NCBI GenBank assembly: GCA_965153285.1
Contig: OZ229111.1
DNA: 64,000 nt
Origin: Podarcis tiliguerta
Taxonomy: Eukaryota
Strand: one strand, 5' to 3'
The translations under genes were made by a program, and so were the position numbers. The notes under the pieces were generated by a model that made no database searches, was not told the origin of the DNA, and saw only the letters and a list, made by a program, of their open reading frames with translations. Positions within the stretch are counted from its first letter, which is position 1, and every line of letters starts with the position of its first letter. Of this stretch, positions 24,293 through 38,842 are shown in pieces.

Positions 24293-27200
24293 CCAGATTC
24301 AAATTCCCACCCAACTTACTGGATGACCTTGAATAAGTCAAACTGTCCCAGCCTGACCTACCTTACAGAATTGTTGTGAAGATAAGGGAAGGGGGCACTA
24401 GATGGACAGACAATCTGACCTGATTTAAGGTACTTTCCTACTCACCTGTCTTAATCAGAGGAAAAAGCTACTTCACACCTCCTCGCTGAGTTCTGTTTGC
24501 TACCAACTCAACTGCAATGTTAAGGGCAGCGCTCGTAGGAACATTATCCAATTTCAGACCTCAGTTGCATGAAATATATGTGGGAGGCCATTGCATACAG
24601 AGCAGCTTCATGGACACATTATAGCTGCTTTGTCTGCAGGAGTCCACTGAACAGGAGCTAGTGCTTTTATTGTCTGCAGCATATCTGCAATGTGGAAACA
24701 AATACTAATTTCAGTGGCTGACCACCGGTCTCGGGGGACGTGTGACCTGGCATTGCGCATTTTGGAGCCTGAGCTAATCTGCCTCTTCTTCGGGTATTGC
24801 TGTGTACCCAATAAACTATGTCCTCCTGTTCCTGTATCTTCTGGCTTTAAAGAGAGGTTGCTGGTCCAATCTGTGCATTCAGGTCTTTTCCTGGGGAGAG
24901 GTAGGTGCCCTCCCCAAGCTTCAAGGGTGTGTGTGTGTGCTCTGGCACGGTGCCTAACTGCTGTCTCTTACTGCTGGCACACGTCTCCTAAATTTATGGT
25001 GTTTTTAAAGTTTCAAATTTGCCCAGAGCAACTGAGCTGGTATTTCCGAAATGTAATAAATACAGCCCTGCACAAAGATCACAGCTGAGTCAAACTCGTA
25101 GATCCCCACGTGCTCTCCTTTTTCTGTAGGGTACAATGTAGGCTCAGGCTTGGGGAGGCCATTTATCTTCATGAGTTCTAAGATCGAATCGTAAGCCACC
25201 TCTAACAAGCAAGGACCCATGCCCTCGCTTGAGGCTCAGCTGCTCCTCGGCACATGTTGTTTATACACAACAGTAATGACAAAAATCAGGCTGCCACTCA
25301 ACATGCTGATCAAAAGAAAATGATAGAAATTAAAGGCCGAGGGAGGCACAGAGGATTTCGATAAATGCACTCTGTGTTATTATCAGCTGCCGATTTCGAT
25401 GCAAAGGAAATGCACAGGCAAAATAATGGGATTTATCAGAGGCAGCTACGAAACTTCCTTAATAAATGCAGATGTAGGCTTTCATAAACACATGCTGCCT
25501 AAAATACAAAGCCACCTTACTTGAGAGAATCTGGTGACATTTCGAAACATAATAGTAAAATAAATGGGAATCAATAAAATCCATCAAATAAAAAGAAATC
25601 CAGTTTCCCTGGTACATAAGAGCACGCATTTATTCTAAAATTCCCAACAGGGTTGAGGAGAAGAAATTGCAGTCACAAAAATGCAAAGTATGCCATTTGC
25701 TGGAAACGTGGTGTTGTTTATGTGTCTGGGTTTTTCATTTGTTTGATGTGTTTGTTACATTTTTATCTGCTTGTCATCAGGCTGAAGAGCAAATCGAGAA
25801 ACTGATGAGGCTGTTTTGCTGCAGTAGGGCAATTAACTTCATTAATAACAATAATGATCTTACATTTATAGAGCAGAAAGATTTATAAATCATTCCTCCC
25901 ACCAGTGAAATGTGGGCACCTTCATTGGGTAGGGGAAATGCAGCAGTTATTTCAGACCAATCTGCAATCTTAAACAATTGCTCAGTGCAAAATATAAAGA
26001 CTCTTACAGTATCCGGCTGAACGCATCATCTCGTTGTCTGCGTTAATTTGTGTGTTTTCAATACAAATGTTCTACTAATTGGGGAAAAGAGCGAGACAAA
26101 CCGCATGCAAGTAAACTGAGTGAAAATCTCTGCAGTGTTTCGCTTTGAGTGTTGCCAGAAAATTGACACGAATTGGCACCTTTCCTTAGACATATCCAAT
26201 GCATTTTTGTTAAATTTCAACCTCTCGCAGTGCTATAAGGCGTGTGCCTTCTGAACATGGAAGGCTGTGCAAAACCCTTATGAATAAACAAGAATGCAAT
26301 CATTATCTTATAAATAATATGCAGCTTAGTGTTAAATTGTTTTGTTTTGCAATCCATTCCCCCCATCAGCCTCTCAGATACTATATGCAAACATCTATAC
26401 TTTGCACTATAACCGCAGTTCTTGAAAAGTTGGCTGCTTCTAGAAAGTTGGCTTAGAAAGTCAGACCCTTGGTCTATGCATCTTGCTCAGTAGACTGCAC
26501 TGGCTGGCAGTGCCTCTCCAGGGTTCAGACCAGGGTCTCTCAGATGGAGATGCCAGAATTTGAACCTGGAACCTTCTGCTTGCAAAGCAGATGGTCTACC
26601 ACTGTGCCACAGCCCTTCTCCAAAGGGCCTGTGCTTTGTTGCTGTTGTTGTTTTTAACCCTTCTTACACCAGAGAGCAGGACTTAGGAGCACTCTTGGTC
26701 CCACCTCTTAGATCTAAGAGCCCCAGCTCATCAGCCAGGTTTTTAAATGACCAAGCTCTAAGATCCCTTTAAAATGTCCCTTTCTGGGAGAGGGATATAA
26801 TCCAAGTCCTAAACATGCCTCCATTCTTATAAAACACATTAATGCTGATGGGGTAGCAAGATGCAATTTATTTTTATGATTTGGAGTTCTGGTTGTACAG
26901 AAGACCTTCTACAACAGTAAACTATTTTGGACTTTAAGCTGCCTCTGTGTAGTGGCTGGAACTGGGGCAGAGTAAACTTAGGCAGATCATGTACATAAGC
27001 ATATGGATTGTACAAAGTTAGACCACTGGGTCCATCTGTCTCAATACTGTCTACTCTGAATGACAGTGTCACCTGAAAGTCTTACCTGCACCCTTGCTAC
27101 CTGAGGTCATTTTAACTGAAGGTACTGGACATGCCCATTGTAGTCCTGTCTTGAGTTACATGCTTGATCCTATACAGTCTGTTAAGGATACCTCTGTAGT

Positions 27201-27578
27201 CTGGCATAAGCTAGGCCAGAACAGAACAGTCCTGCTTCCATATTTACTGCATCTGCTCATGTGATTTGGGAGTGGCACATATCCTCCTTGCGTCAGGTAC
27301 AGGACTGAAGTCTGACATACATGGTGTGTATGTCTGCTTCAAAAAATGAATTATTTAAGGTTGAAGTCACTTGATGCAGTGCTCCTGCAGAAGTTAGCAG
27401 GATTGGCCTTGTTGGATGGTTGGAAGAACTGGGTGTTCAGTGCAATAAATCAATCAATAGATTACTTAGGGCATGTTCCCCTGTCTTCCCAAGTGATGTG
27501 TAAAATTTTATTTTAATCATTTAGCTAATATGTCATCATTTATTCAGGCAGCTTGTGCCCTGATCTTCGGGTGAAAGG

Positions 27579-27614
<36 letters not shown>
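27579..27614. repeat. (TAA)n microsatellite, probably an old LINE tail
   Basis: Read directly from the sequence. Confidence 0.9.
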
Positions 27615-27615
<1 letters not shown>

Positions 27616-30600
27616 TCATCTTAGGTTGGTTGCCAAATATGGGGAAAGGATGTGAATATGCTTGAATGATTTGTCTGGTTAGACAACTCCCTGAACTCAG
27701 GGAGATGTGAGATAAGGATTATGAGATATAAGATGTTTTCATGTGCATTTTTATGTGGACGAAGTGTTGATAGGAAGGCAGAAGGTAGAAAGAGAGAGGA
27801 AACATTATTATTTCTTCTTCTTCCTTAAGCCTGAAGAGTTTTCTCCTGCTGGCTTCAGTCCCTGCATGGGGCTTTCTTGGTCAATAACATCCGATGCTCT
27901 CCTTGCTGAAGGAGATGGTCCAAGTGACATGCCACTGCATGAAATTACTCTCACCTCACCCCTGAAATATCCCAAGAGTCTGGCTCCATTATGACTGTGT
28001 ACAAAGTCCGGGTCCACAGCCAAACAAAGGGATGAGGAAAGAAAGTGTAAGTTACCATAGCAACACTATCCAGGCAGGCTGGTTTTATCAGCAAGGGGCC
28101 TGGCTTTCTGCCTGAGTTACAGGAATCTGAAGCAATTTATTTGCACTGCAAGACAGAAGGATTGGAGAAGAGCAAAGGGAGGGGCGGAAGAGCTTTTGCC
28201 TATGTGCACGGTCCGTTGGCATTTTCAGTGGGAAAGGCTGGTTCACCTAATCCACAGATCCTGCTACAGGATGACAGAAAATACTTGAGCCTCCTATATA
28301 GCAGTTTGGGGGTGGGGTTGAGTCCTAGCATTCCATTGGAATTAGGTGAACAGGAATGAAACTTTGTGTCTTGTCCAATGATGTAGAAAAATCTTTGCAC
28401 ATGGTGGCTGGTGGGAGTCGTAGTTCCAAACGACTCGAAGGCATCAGACTGGTAAATCTCATATAGAGTAATCATTCTTCCTTCTTCACAAATTATACCT
28501 ACCAGTTTACCTGTGATTATCATCTCGGATTCCTTGCTATCAAGTCCCTGGTTGGAGTGCCTTTAATTTAAAAGCTTTCCTATATTTAGAAATATATTGC
28601 TCTTTGTTCGAGAGCATCACAGGCTGCATCTTACAGCACCACGGTACTCCATAATAGAGATAACAGAGCTAAATCTGTTGTTGGCTGAATAAGAAAGCTG
28701 GTTATGTGCAATATGTCCTGCTTCTTGATTGCCACCTTACAATCAGCCTTCCTAATCCTCTCTGGCTTGGTTATTTGGAAGCATACTTTCTGCATCGGGG
28801 CCAGTCTGGATCAGCTTCTCTGTGCCAATGTTCTCTTCTCTCCTGCTTTTGAGTTTCCCACAGGCATCTGGTTGGCCACCGTGATAATGGGATGCTTGGC
28901 TAAATAGGTCTTTGGTGTGATCTAGCAGGGTTCTTCTTATGTTCTCCCCCTGCCCTGTCATATCATTCAGTGAAATGCCTGCCCGTCTGGTGCTTGGGGG
29001 TGCCATCACGAGTGGCCCATGCATGAGGCAGGGTGAGGCTGGTGCCTCGAGTGGCAGAAACCCCAGAGGCAGCATCCCCTGCCCACCACACACCCTCCGC
29101 TGCCAGTGGAGAAGTGATGTTGACTTCTGGCAAGATGGCAGCACTGAAACCTGGCAAGATCCAGTGGAGCACCTGAGATCTTGCTGGAAGTCAGCACCAC
29201 TGTTGCTACTTTGCAACCACCACCGCACAACCCAGGTAAGGGAAGCTGCAGTGGCGGCGTGATGAGGCAGCAAGGTGGCAGCAAGGTACAGCGGCACCTT
29301 CCTGTTTCAACTCAGGTGCCCAAACAGGACATGATGCCCCAGATGCCATGGTGCCCACATAGGCTTCCATTGGCCCCTTTAGGCAAAAGCCCCAGACTCT
29401 GTGCTTCCATTTTTTAAAAAAATTAAAAGTAGGTCTCTAACCTGCTAGAAAGAAAATTATGAAGTAGAATGTGCAGTTATCCTTTTTTAATAATTTTGTG
29501 TTATACCATGTTCGCCATAGTGGTCATTTTATGACTGGTGCCCCTAGTACTCAATCAAAATATAAAATGTGGGCCCTTGTCCCCCAAAAATTGGCAACCC
29601 CTGATTTAGCAGAACTTACAATGTGGTGTCATTATAATTTCCCCCAAATCCTGCTACTGGCTCCCATTGACATGGTGGGAAAACTATTTGATGGGCAGGA
29701 TTGCAGAGTGGTCATGGGCCCCACTTTACAGAGAAGAGTCCTCTGTTTGAAGAGATGTCCAGTCTGAGTCTGGCTGAAAAATTAAAAGCCATAACTAGAG
29801 AGAGAGCAAAGACCTTGAGATTACCCTCCAGATCAAATAGGCATGCAGCTCACCTGATCACAAGGGAGATGTATTGCATGGTAAGCCCACAACTTACACA
29901 GGGTTACATTCCGGGGATTTCATCTAAGGCTAAAAGCACGTATAGTCAAAACACATTGGGAGCAATGGTGGGTGAGGTTGCCTAAGTCATTTCCCCCAGA
30001 ACCCTGTCTCCTTTTTGCAAATTAAGAACTGCTCAGGAGCCTTTGAACAGAGGGAATATTAGAAGATAACTGGACCCTTCCAATAGCCAAGTATCTTGAC
30101 TTGAGGTTCCTGTCTCCTTAGAGGCACTTGTTGGGATGAAGGCAGCATGGTTTTTACCATGATAAAATTCCTTCATTCATTAAAGAAAAAGATTATTCTT
30201 CCAAAGTGAACTTGGATGGATGCTTCCTCACAGGCCTTTGCAAGAACACAACTTGATCTGATGGGAACCTGGCTGTCCTGCTACCAAAGTGCCTATTGAA
30301 TCTTATATCAATATTCATGTATGTCTGCACACTCAGGTTTATGCATACTTGTGAACTTTGCAAGGCACATGATTACCTTTGCACCAGTCTTGTTTTCTTG
30401 TTTACAAGTCAGCCTGTGAGCTGTTCGGGTCAGGGAAGCTGTCTATGCATTTCTCTGCAGAGTTCCTCACACGGTGTCAAATTTTAAACTAATTAGTTGA
30501 GGAATAGCAATCCCATGCAAGCAGAGGCTTGACCCGGGAATCTCTGCATTCCACTGAGGCTTCAAGTGGGTGTGTTTTCACTCATTTCCCAGTTTAGCAA

Positions 30601-32379
30601 TTCTTAACACTTTGGCAGACTTGGAGTAGCTTTGATGGCAGCTAGACCCGACCTCCAAAGGGTGCTTCAGAAAGTGCCCCTCTCAACAGCTAGGGCAGAC
30701 TCTTCTGCAGACTGTCAAATTGTGCTGCCAATTACACCCAAGAAATGTTGTTTTCTGTGGAACATCTCAGTTGCTTTGCCACATCGTATAGCTAGCTGGC
30801 TAACATTTCATTTGCAGACTTTTAGAATCTCACTGGAAGAGAAACAGTGCACAAATATATGGCATTTATGAGAAAGGCAGGAAGAAATCTGATGTTTTTT
30901 TCAGATGACCTTGGTGTCGCTCTGTAATTATATTAAATGAAACAAGGAAAACACAAAAGATCTGTTGGGTGTATAAAGAAAGAAAAGTGATGGGGATAAT
31001 TGAGCCCTCCAATTCTTGAATTAGCATTCAGACTAAGGAAGTTAATTCCTTTCGGAAGGCAGCAGCTTAAGACGCCCCTTCCAGACTCCAGACTTTTAGA
31101 CTCTGGACTTAATGGTCTTGCAGGCACCAGGAATGGGAAACTGTTTAGCAGGAAAAGTGTATTACTTTGCTTGCTTCAGAATGTGGCGAGAAAACCCTGC
31201 TGCACTTGGGGGGCTCCGTTGCTCATTCTGCCAAGTGGGGCCCTGGAATTCTTCCTCAAAGTCCTGCACTGACAGCACCACCACATTCATGTCATGACCT
31301 CAGAGTCCAGCAGCAAACAAGACTCAGAACTGAGGTTGCAGAATCTCTAGGTAAAGAAACAGACAAGGAGCCAGACCAGGTTTGGGTTGTGGAGACCACT
31401 GAGCCAAAGGCTGGCCGATAGGAGACCCTCCCCCCCAGACCCTCATGTACAACCTGGGCCTGAATGGTCCCTGAGCAACCAAATGCACCCTACAATGTTT
31501 TGTGGCTCAAGTGGCACACTGAGCATACAATGCAAGAGGCTATGGGATGGAGGAAGCATCATTGGACCAGAGGGTTGCCTCTTTGAAAATCTGAAGTTAT
31601 CCATCAGCCTGGGAGAAGTATTCTGGGGACCGAAGTATAAAAAGAGTAGGTTGTGCTCTCAACTTTTGTTGGGGCAAGTTGTTTACTCAGAGCTGTCCGT
31701 GGTCCTGCAACTCCTGACCTGTGGGATTCAGCATCAGACCAGAACATGACAGCTCCCTTCCAGCATTTCTCTAATGGTTCGGCACCAGTGTGCTACACAC
31801 CCGCCATGAAGATTATTGATCTAGGCAGCAGAAATACCTTGCCTACATGGTCCACATCTGATCTTCTCTTAGAAAAAGGATAATCAATGTGGTGTCTTCC
31901 AGATGTTGTCGATCACATCCAGCAACCATGCTCTATTGTCATGGATAGTGGGATCTGTAGGGCTACCCCTTCCTTAGAAGATCAATGGGTGGGTAAGGAT
32001 AAGGGTGACTATACCTTTAAGGGAACTTCCCCTGTGTGGGTTAGAAGCCTAGCCTTCCTTACCCTGCTGCCCTCCATGTTGTTGGTCTACAGCTGCCAAC
32101 ATCTCAATTAACTGGCCATGCTAGCTGGGGCTAATGAGAGTTGTAGCTCACCTACAGGGCACCAGGTCGGGGCAATCTGAACTAGGTTTCACCAGTGCCA
32201 CCTGCCCTAGTTCCAGATCCTCCAGATGTTCATGTAGGTATTACTTGTGGTTCCTTCATTAAATAGGGTAAGGTAACATGTGAATTGGCCCTGGAACAGG
32301 TATATAACAAATCAGTCAATTATGTTTAAAGTGTTTTATGATGCCATGGTCTTGGAAATGACTTACAGGGGAAGCTGAT

Positions 32380-32570
32380 CCTAGGAAGCTGCCTTATGCC
32401 AAGTCAGAACATGTGTCCATTTAGCTCTGTATTGTCACTCTGCACACACAGGCAGTGGTTCTCCAGGGTTTGAGAGAGAGGTCTTTCCCAGTCCTACCTA
32501 TTGATGCTGGGGATTGAACTAAGGCTCTTCTGTGCGTATAGCAGGTGCTTTACTGCTGAGCTGTGGCCTT
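32380..32570 (-). mobile_element. tRNA-derived squamate SINE
   Basis: Reverse strand shows a tRNA head (gccacagctcagcagtaaagcacctg...ttagttcaatccccagcatc) and the tail taaggcagcttccta. Confidence 0.7.
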
Positions 32571-35500
32571 TCAGATTCATGTTTCACATCACGAGTGTCT
32601 GTTGAGGCCAGAGTTTGGCTTGGGCTCTCTGGTGGATATTGTGCACTTGAAACCCTAAGTCCATCTGAGCCACTGGGAGTGTTGCCTTGGCTTCATAACC
32701 TTTGCTTAGTTTAGAATCACATTTTGACTTTCATTAGTTCAATTTTGAACAATGTAATTGAACTAATCAAAGTCAAAGTTTTGCCTACATTAAAATGCAA
32801 ATGGAGCAAATTATTCCAAGTCAGAGTTCACTGAGGTACTCAAAGGAGGTAAATTTGAATTTGAGGGCTTGTCAAAGGAAATTAATACTCGCATTTGATT
32901 TATGGATTTTAATAGCACTCTGTTCGTTTAATCTCCTGTATATGAATATATTGGCAGCTGCATGTTTGAGTGCATCATGATAACATACACAAATCTGCTG
33001 TGTGTTTTTTTGAGCATGCATGCACATATTCTGCATCTGTGTATGCAAGCACTTGGGGAACTATACATTTGTATGTATATGCATGGTTGTACTCTGGCCT
33101 CTGACTCTCATTTATTGGGTGAAAATGGGATTAATTTCTAGACTCTTTGGTTGCCATGGTACCTGAGCATCCACAATATATAGTGCTGGGGGATTGACTC
33201 TCTGCTTATCCCAAGAGTTTGGGGACACTCTATAAACCAGAAGAATAAAGGCTTCTTTCCTCTTTGTGTGGAGCAAAGAGGAAAAGTCAATGACAGCAGA
33301 TTACTCATTTGTGGCCCATTCTGTCTATGGTTGGGAACAATGAAAAAAGACCTATAGCAGCACATTTCTGTTGAAACCAATCATTAAAAAATTTACACGA
33401 GATATTCATCATTGTTCATAATAATATTAACATTAATACTCAACATTTGTATAATTATAATAATTATACAATTGCGATTTCAAGTGTATGAAGTGCTTCG
33501 CATGCATTGTTTAGTTGTAATAGTTACAATAGTTACCCTGTAAGATTTTATCTCTTGTTTTTCTGCAATCAAGCAGCATACAAATGTTGTTAAATAAAAA
33601 TAAATGAAAAATAAAACAGTATTATTCCCTGAGGCTGAGGCCACCTAGTATGTCCATGACAGAGGGACTCCCTGGTTCATAGCTTAGCCTTAGCCATTAT
33701 ATTGCTTCTGTTGTCATGGTTGTTCAGTGGTTGTTCAGCAATATAGCACAATATAGTCTTGTACACTGAGAAGGGTAGCTACATGGCTTGTTCTGCTCTC
33801 TGAATAAAATAAGTGAGAGTGGGCTGTGTTACTTGGATTCCAGATATCTACCTATTCTGCCTGATTGAAAAGAAGTGATAGTAATAATTAATGCCATGAC
33901 TGGTTAGAAAATTCTGTTAAAGCCATTGCTTGTTCCTTTGGGCTACATAAAAAAAAATGGCAGCAGGGGAAGATAGATGATTACTTGGACTGAGACAGCA
34001 TCCAAATGAAAAACCAATACTATTGGCTTAAAGACTATGGAATACACGTTTTAATGGCAAGACTAGCATGTTCAGTGAATGAAAGGTGTGGAGGGATATA
34101 CATTAACTGGAGGTTAAAGGGGTGTCATTCTTAAATTTCTGGAATTGGAGATGATGATGTAGACAAACTTGGTTTTTTTAAAAGAGAGTTTTTAGGCTAT
34201 TGAAAGCAAAACATGTATCTACAGTTGTTTTCTAAAGTGTGGCAAGAAGCACATGGACAGTGGTTATTTAATAGACACTGTGAACCTTTGGACAAATTTC
34301 CAGATCAGACTTCTGAGCAGTCATCAGCTAAGGCAGCCTTCACTAACCTGGTGCCCGTCAGATGTTGTTAGATTAGAACTCCCATCAGCCACCACAGGCA
34401 TGAAGTTGGCAAAGGCTGGGTTAAGTCAACATGTAACCATCAAAATGCAGCAGCAAGTAATAATGTGGGGAAAAGAGACCCCTTGGTTCTCCTAGCAACC
34501 AGCTCTTTAACCTCTTGAGGAACTGGGTATCTTTACTGAAGCTCCAGACTTTATAACCATTTGTTTGTTTCCCTAATCCTACTCAATTTCCCCTGCAGTT
34601 TTCTACCTGGCCCATGCTATAGGACTAAGCCACATAAATCATTCATCCAGGTAGGAGCAGTTCTGTATGCCCACTGAACAGGCCTTCCAATTACTTCACC
34701 ACCAGCACAAATTAAAGGGCCCCCACAACTGTGCAAACCTCTGAATGACAACAGAGTGATCCACAATCTGTGTCTTGATGGAGCAATTAGAGAGCCATTC
34801 TGATGCAAATCCAGTGATGAGAACACAGTCCCAGTTTGTGTGTTTTGAAGTCTTGGCCAAATAATTGAATCTCACCCTCCCCTCCCCTGCTCCAAGCCTC
34901 TATAAGGTGATATTGACCTCTGCTGGTTGAAATGCTCCACTGAAGCAGAGCATCTGGAATGCAGAATTAAATTTCCAAAAATTTGCAGTGAGGAAGTCCA
35001 CATTCCATGTTTCGAATATATTTACACATTAGGTTAATTGGCACACTTTGCTCCCAGAGTATAGTTTGGTGGGGGGAGTGAAGTTTGGCAGAATCTGATG
35101 TTTTGTTCACAGTTCCCCCACCCCAAAAAATGTATTTCCATGAACCCTGTGGAGCTTTAAACTGTGTGTGCGTGTGTTTTGGTGAGTTTAATTCCCTCCC
35201 CCAGCTGAAAGTCTCCCCTGTTGCTGCATTGTCTTTTCCCACTCCCCTAAAGACGGAGGCGTCCAGTGAGCAGCTTGATGTGGGTGTGTTTTATATAGCT
35301 GAAGGGGTGAGCAGGTGGCCATTACTATGCTATGCAGGTGGCTGCATAAAGCCGAGTGATATAACATTTGGGGATGGCATTGTAGCAACTCTCCTGGGGA
35401 ATCATGCTTCCATCGACTAGGGCAGGCATGTGGGGCTATGGTTGTTAGCCAAGATTTCGGTGCATATTGTTAAAGGTTACTACCATGGCAGTTTCCAGTT

Positions 35501-36086
35501 TTCTTTGTGAGAGATATCAGGGAGAGAGGCTGGGAGAAGAGGAATAAAACGTCAAAGCAAACACAAGAGAAACAAGCTTGGAGTCAAAGAGGCAGGGCAG
35601 AACCATTTGTAGCTCTCACCTGCTTACCTGCAATTGCTGCTCGGTGGGAGCTGGCTGCTCTGTTGGGCATAATTTATTGAGTGTAATTAACTCCTGCTCC
35701 AGTTTTCAAATTGGCACTGTTATTACTTATTTCTGCTGCAGAGGTGCCTGCAGAGTGTGGAAGGAGCCCCATTGCGCTAGATGCATATACATAAGAAATG
35801 GAACAGCTGACCCTTTCTGGAAAAGGCTGCAGCCAAACATGGGAGGTGATTTGGGTGGCTCCTGCAAGAGAGAGTTTGCAAATGTATTTCTGATTGGAGG
35901 GCCAAACATCAGTCCTGTATGAAGAACAGATTTGACTTTATGTATTATCTTTCTGCATAATATGTGCTCAGAACCAAGTAGGTACAGCTCATTGGAAGCC
36001 ACAGGCGACTTGGGGGCGGGGTGTGTGTGATATGGATCTGGTGATCTTCAGAGCAAGATTACTTCTGCTATGCATTACTGTCTGTA

Positions 36087-36284
36087 CAGCGGAACCCCGG
36101 TTTTCGAGCGTCTCGGAACCCAAATGCTGAAAACCCAGAAGTAATTGTTTCCGTTTTCAAACGCGCCTCAGAAGTTGAACGGCTTCCACTGCATGTTTAT
36201 CCATTTTTACAATGGATTTTGCCAACTTCCCATTGATCCTCAGTTTTCGATTACAGATTACGTTCGAAAACCAAGGTTCCACTG
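36087..36284. mobile_element. Tc1/mariner (Tigger-like) MITE
   Basis: TA|cagcggaaccccggttttcg ... cgaaaaccaaggttccactg|TA. Confidence 0.85.
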
Positions 36285-38244
36285 TACTTTCCTACAGTTG
36301 CTGTTTCTGTTATTAAAAGGTACTTAGCACAAAGAACAAGTCAGAGTACAGAACACAAAAGCTATAGAATCTATAAGGAGAGAATTTACCTGTAGGTTTT
36401 TTTTTTATGTGCAGGGAATTCCCATGGGGAAACAATTCAGGCAGGCAACCCCACACACCCAACACATACTTATATTGCCTGGACACTTGAGGAAAAAGCT
36501 TTCCGATTTGTTTTTACTGATTGTATCCAGTGAATGTTTTTACTGATTGTATAAAATGGCCCTAAGATGCATGGCAAGTAGTAGAGGCAGAGAAGGAATA
36601 ATGATGCATGGAGAAAGGGCCAGCTTGGTGTAGCAGAGTGCTGAACTAGGACCAGGGAGGTCCAGTCAACCTCTCCTGGCCTCACCTACCTTTCAGGGCT
36701 ATGGGCTGGGGAAGAGAGAAAGAGAATTATGTATGTATACCACCTTAGAGTTCCTTGGAAAAATGGTGGACCATAAATGGAAAACAAATGAATACTGGCA
36801 AAGAAAGGGTCAATATCAACAAGAAATGCTCCTTGTGTGTTCTGGTCTCTTCCTGGCTTGCTTTCCCTCCCCACCCCATCTTCTGGCTCTGTTCACTGCT
36901 TTGGGCAGAGCTGTGGACATTTAAAAGGTGCGGGGCTGGGGTGGGGGCAAGGGGAGGGGGTAGAAATCTGTGAAATGTCATGTAGAACTTGCTTTAGCCA
37001 GGGGCTGGGTAGGAGGGACAGGAGGGAAATGAAAAGAAGGTGCTGCTGGTGCAGTTTGTATGCCTGGTTAGATCATAAAAGTTTTTAAAGAAAAAAAGAC
37101 TTCTTTTTTTAAAGTGGATGAGGAGAAACCAAACAATGGCCAGGAATTTGCCCAGATGGGAAGGGAATCTGCCCAGATGGCCACCGGTAACATTAAGCGG
37201 CATGGCTGCAGTAAGATTAGCACCTCGCTTAAGAAGTAATTATTTTAACACTAAGGAGGAAACTGGGAAGTGGAACATTAATTAGGGCAAGGCATGCGCT
37301 TAAATGCAGAATACACAACCTGTTCACAAACACCGCATATATTGATTGGAACAGATGTACCCTAACGGAGGCAGGCCCTGGAAAGGAGAGGCTGTGGAGG
37401 TTCTGGAAAAGTTTTGCTGGAAAAGTAGATTTTGCAAAAAGCTGACTTTATGACCACCAAGAATGAGCTTTTTCAGATATTGGGTGTAGTGTGGTGGAAC
37501 AAGGCACAGAGGCCGGTGGAGTGAGAGAAGGCACAAAAGTGCATGTCTAAAAGGGAAGGGGTGGAAAGAGAGTCAGCTGTGGCAGAGAGGGAGGTAGCTT
37601 TAAATTTAAGGACTAGGAGCTGAAACTAATATGGTTTCTCACAGGGAGAGGAGTGTGTGAGCAATAAAAAGTTGATTTTATCAAGAACTTGGAAAGTCAT
37701 TTTTCTTTTAAAACAGCTCACACTGCACAAATAAGATTTAACACCTGTGACCCATCTATGTGTGCATCTCCCCAAACTGACATTTCAATATATCGGTAGA
37801 ATAACTTTTTTGGAGGGGGTTCCAGGGTTTTTTCTTCTTCATTATTTTGGCTTTGTTCCCCCACCCCACTACTCCCGGGCCTTTACATCTCTACTAGAGA
37901 TTGACTTGTGTTAGGCAACCAACCAATCTTAATTATTTGATTAACAGTTAAAGTGTGCCCCTATTTCTCTTCCTCCTTGCAGTACAGCCCAGAGTTGAGC
38001 ATGGCTTTGAAATCTGAAGGAAATAAGGGGACTTTTGCTTTGAGCCAAAGACAGAAAATCTTTCTTTTTTCCACCTAGTCCAATGGCCCATCTAGTCCAG
38101 CATCCTGTTCTCACAGTGGCCGCCCTAAAGCCCCTGGGAAGCCTGTGTGCTGGGTTCAAGTGCAACAGCATTTTCCCCTCCTGCGATTCCCAGAAACTAG
38201 GTTGCAGAGGCCTAATGCCTCTGACAGTGGAGGTAGACCTAGAA

Positions 38245-38557
38245 CATGGGTAGGCAAACTAAGGCCCGGGGCTGGATCCGGCCCAATCGCCTCCTCAGTC
38301 TGGCCCATGGATGTTCTGAGAATCAGCATGTTTTTACATGAGTAGAATGTGCCCTTTTATTTAAAACGCACCTCTGGGTTTTTTGTGGGTCCTGCCTGGT
38401 GTTTTTACCTGAGTAGAAAGTGTGCTTTTATTTTAAAAGGTTATTTGTAGGGCATAGGAATTTGTTCATATTTTTTTTTCAAAATATAGTCCGCCCCCCC
38501 CCCAAGGTCTGAGGGACAGTGGACCGGCCCCCTGCTGAAAAAGTTTGCTGACCCCTG
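38245..38557 (-). mobile_element. hAT (Charlie-like) MITE, same family as 19475-19764
   Basis: TIRs catgggtaggcaaact / agtttgctgacccctg with TSD acctagaa/acctataa. Confidence 0.9.
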
Positions 38558-38646
38558 ACCTATAAACTTCTGATCTTTTCCCTCATACCGTGTGGTACTC
38601 AGAACAATTCTATGATAAGTAACGTAAGTTGGAAGCTGGAATGGAG

Positions 38647-38652
38647 TTTATT
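38647..38652 (-). terminator. Candidate polyadenylation signal AATAAA of the KLHL-family gene
   Basis: TTTATT on + strand, about 190 nt downstream of the stop codon. It is the first canonical hexamer after the stop. Confidence 0.55.
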
Positions 38653-38842
38653 CAGCAGCCAGCCCCCTTGGCTGAGCCATAGGCACCGTGTCTCAAGTGC
38701 AATGAGGAGGAACCCATGTGACTGTATTCTGCTGAAGGCATCAGTACTGTCGATATTAAAGGGAGAAGCTTAAGATGCCCGGTGGAATCCTGCATTTAGG
38801 TGAGGCCAAGGTAGCCAGGTTTGGGAAAGTGTCAATTGGCTG

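Noticed and set aside
28752-29417. Overlapping ORFs of 78-181 aa
   Set aside because: GC-rich degenerate DNA-transposon-like sequence with no coherent protein.
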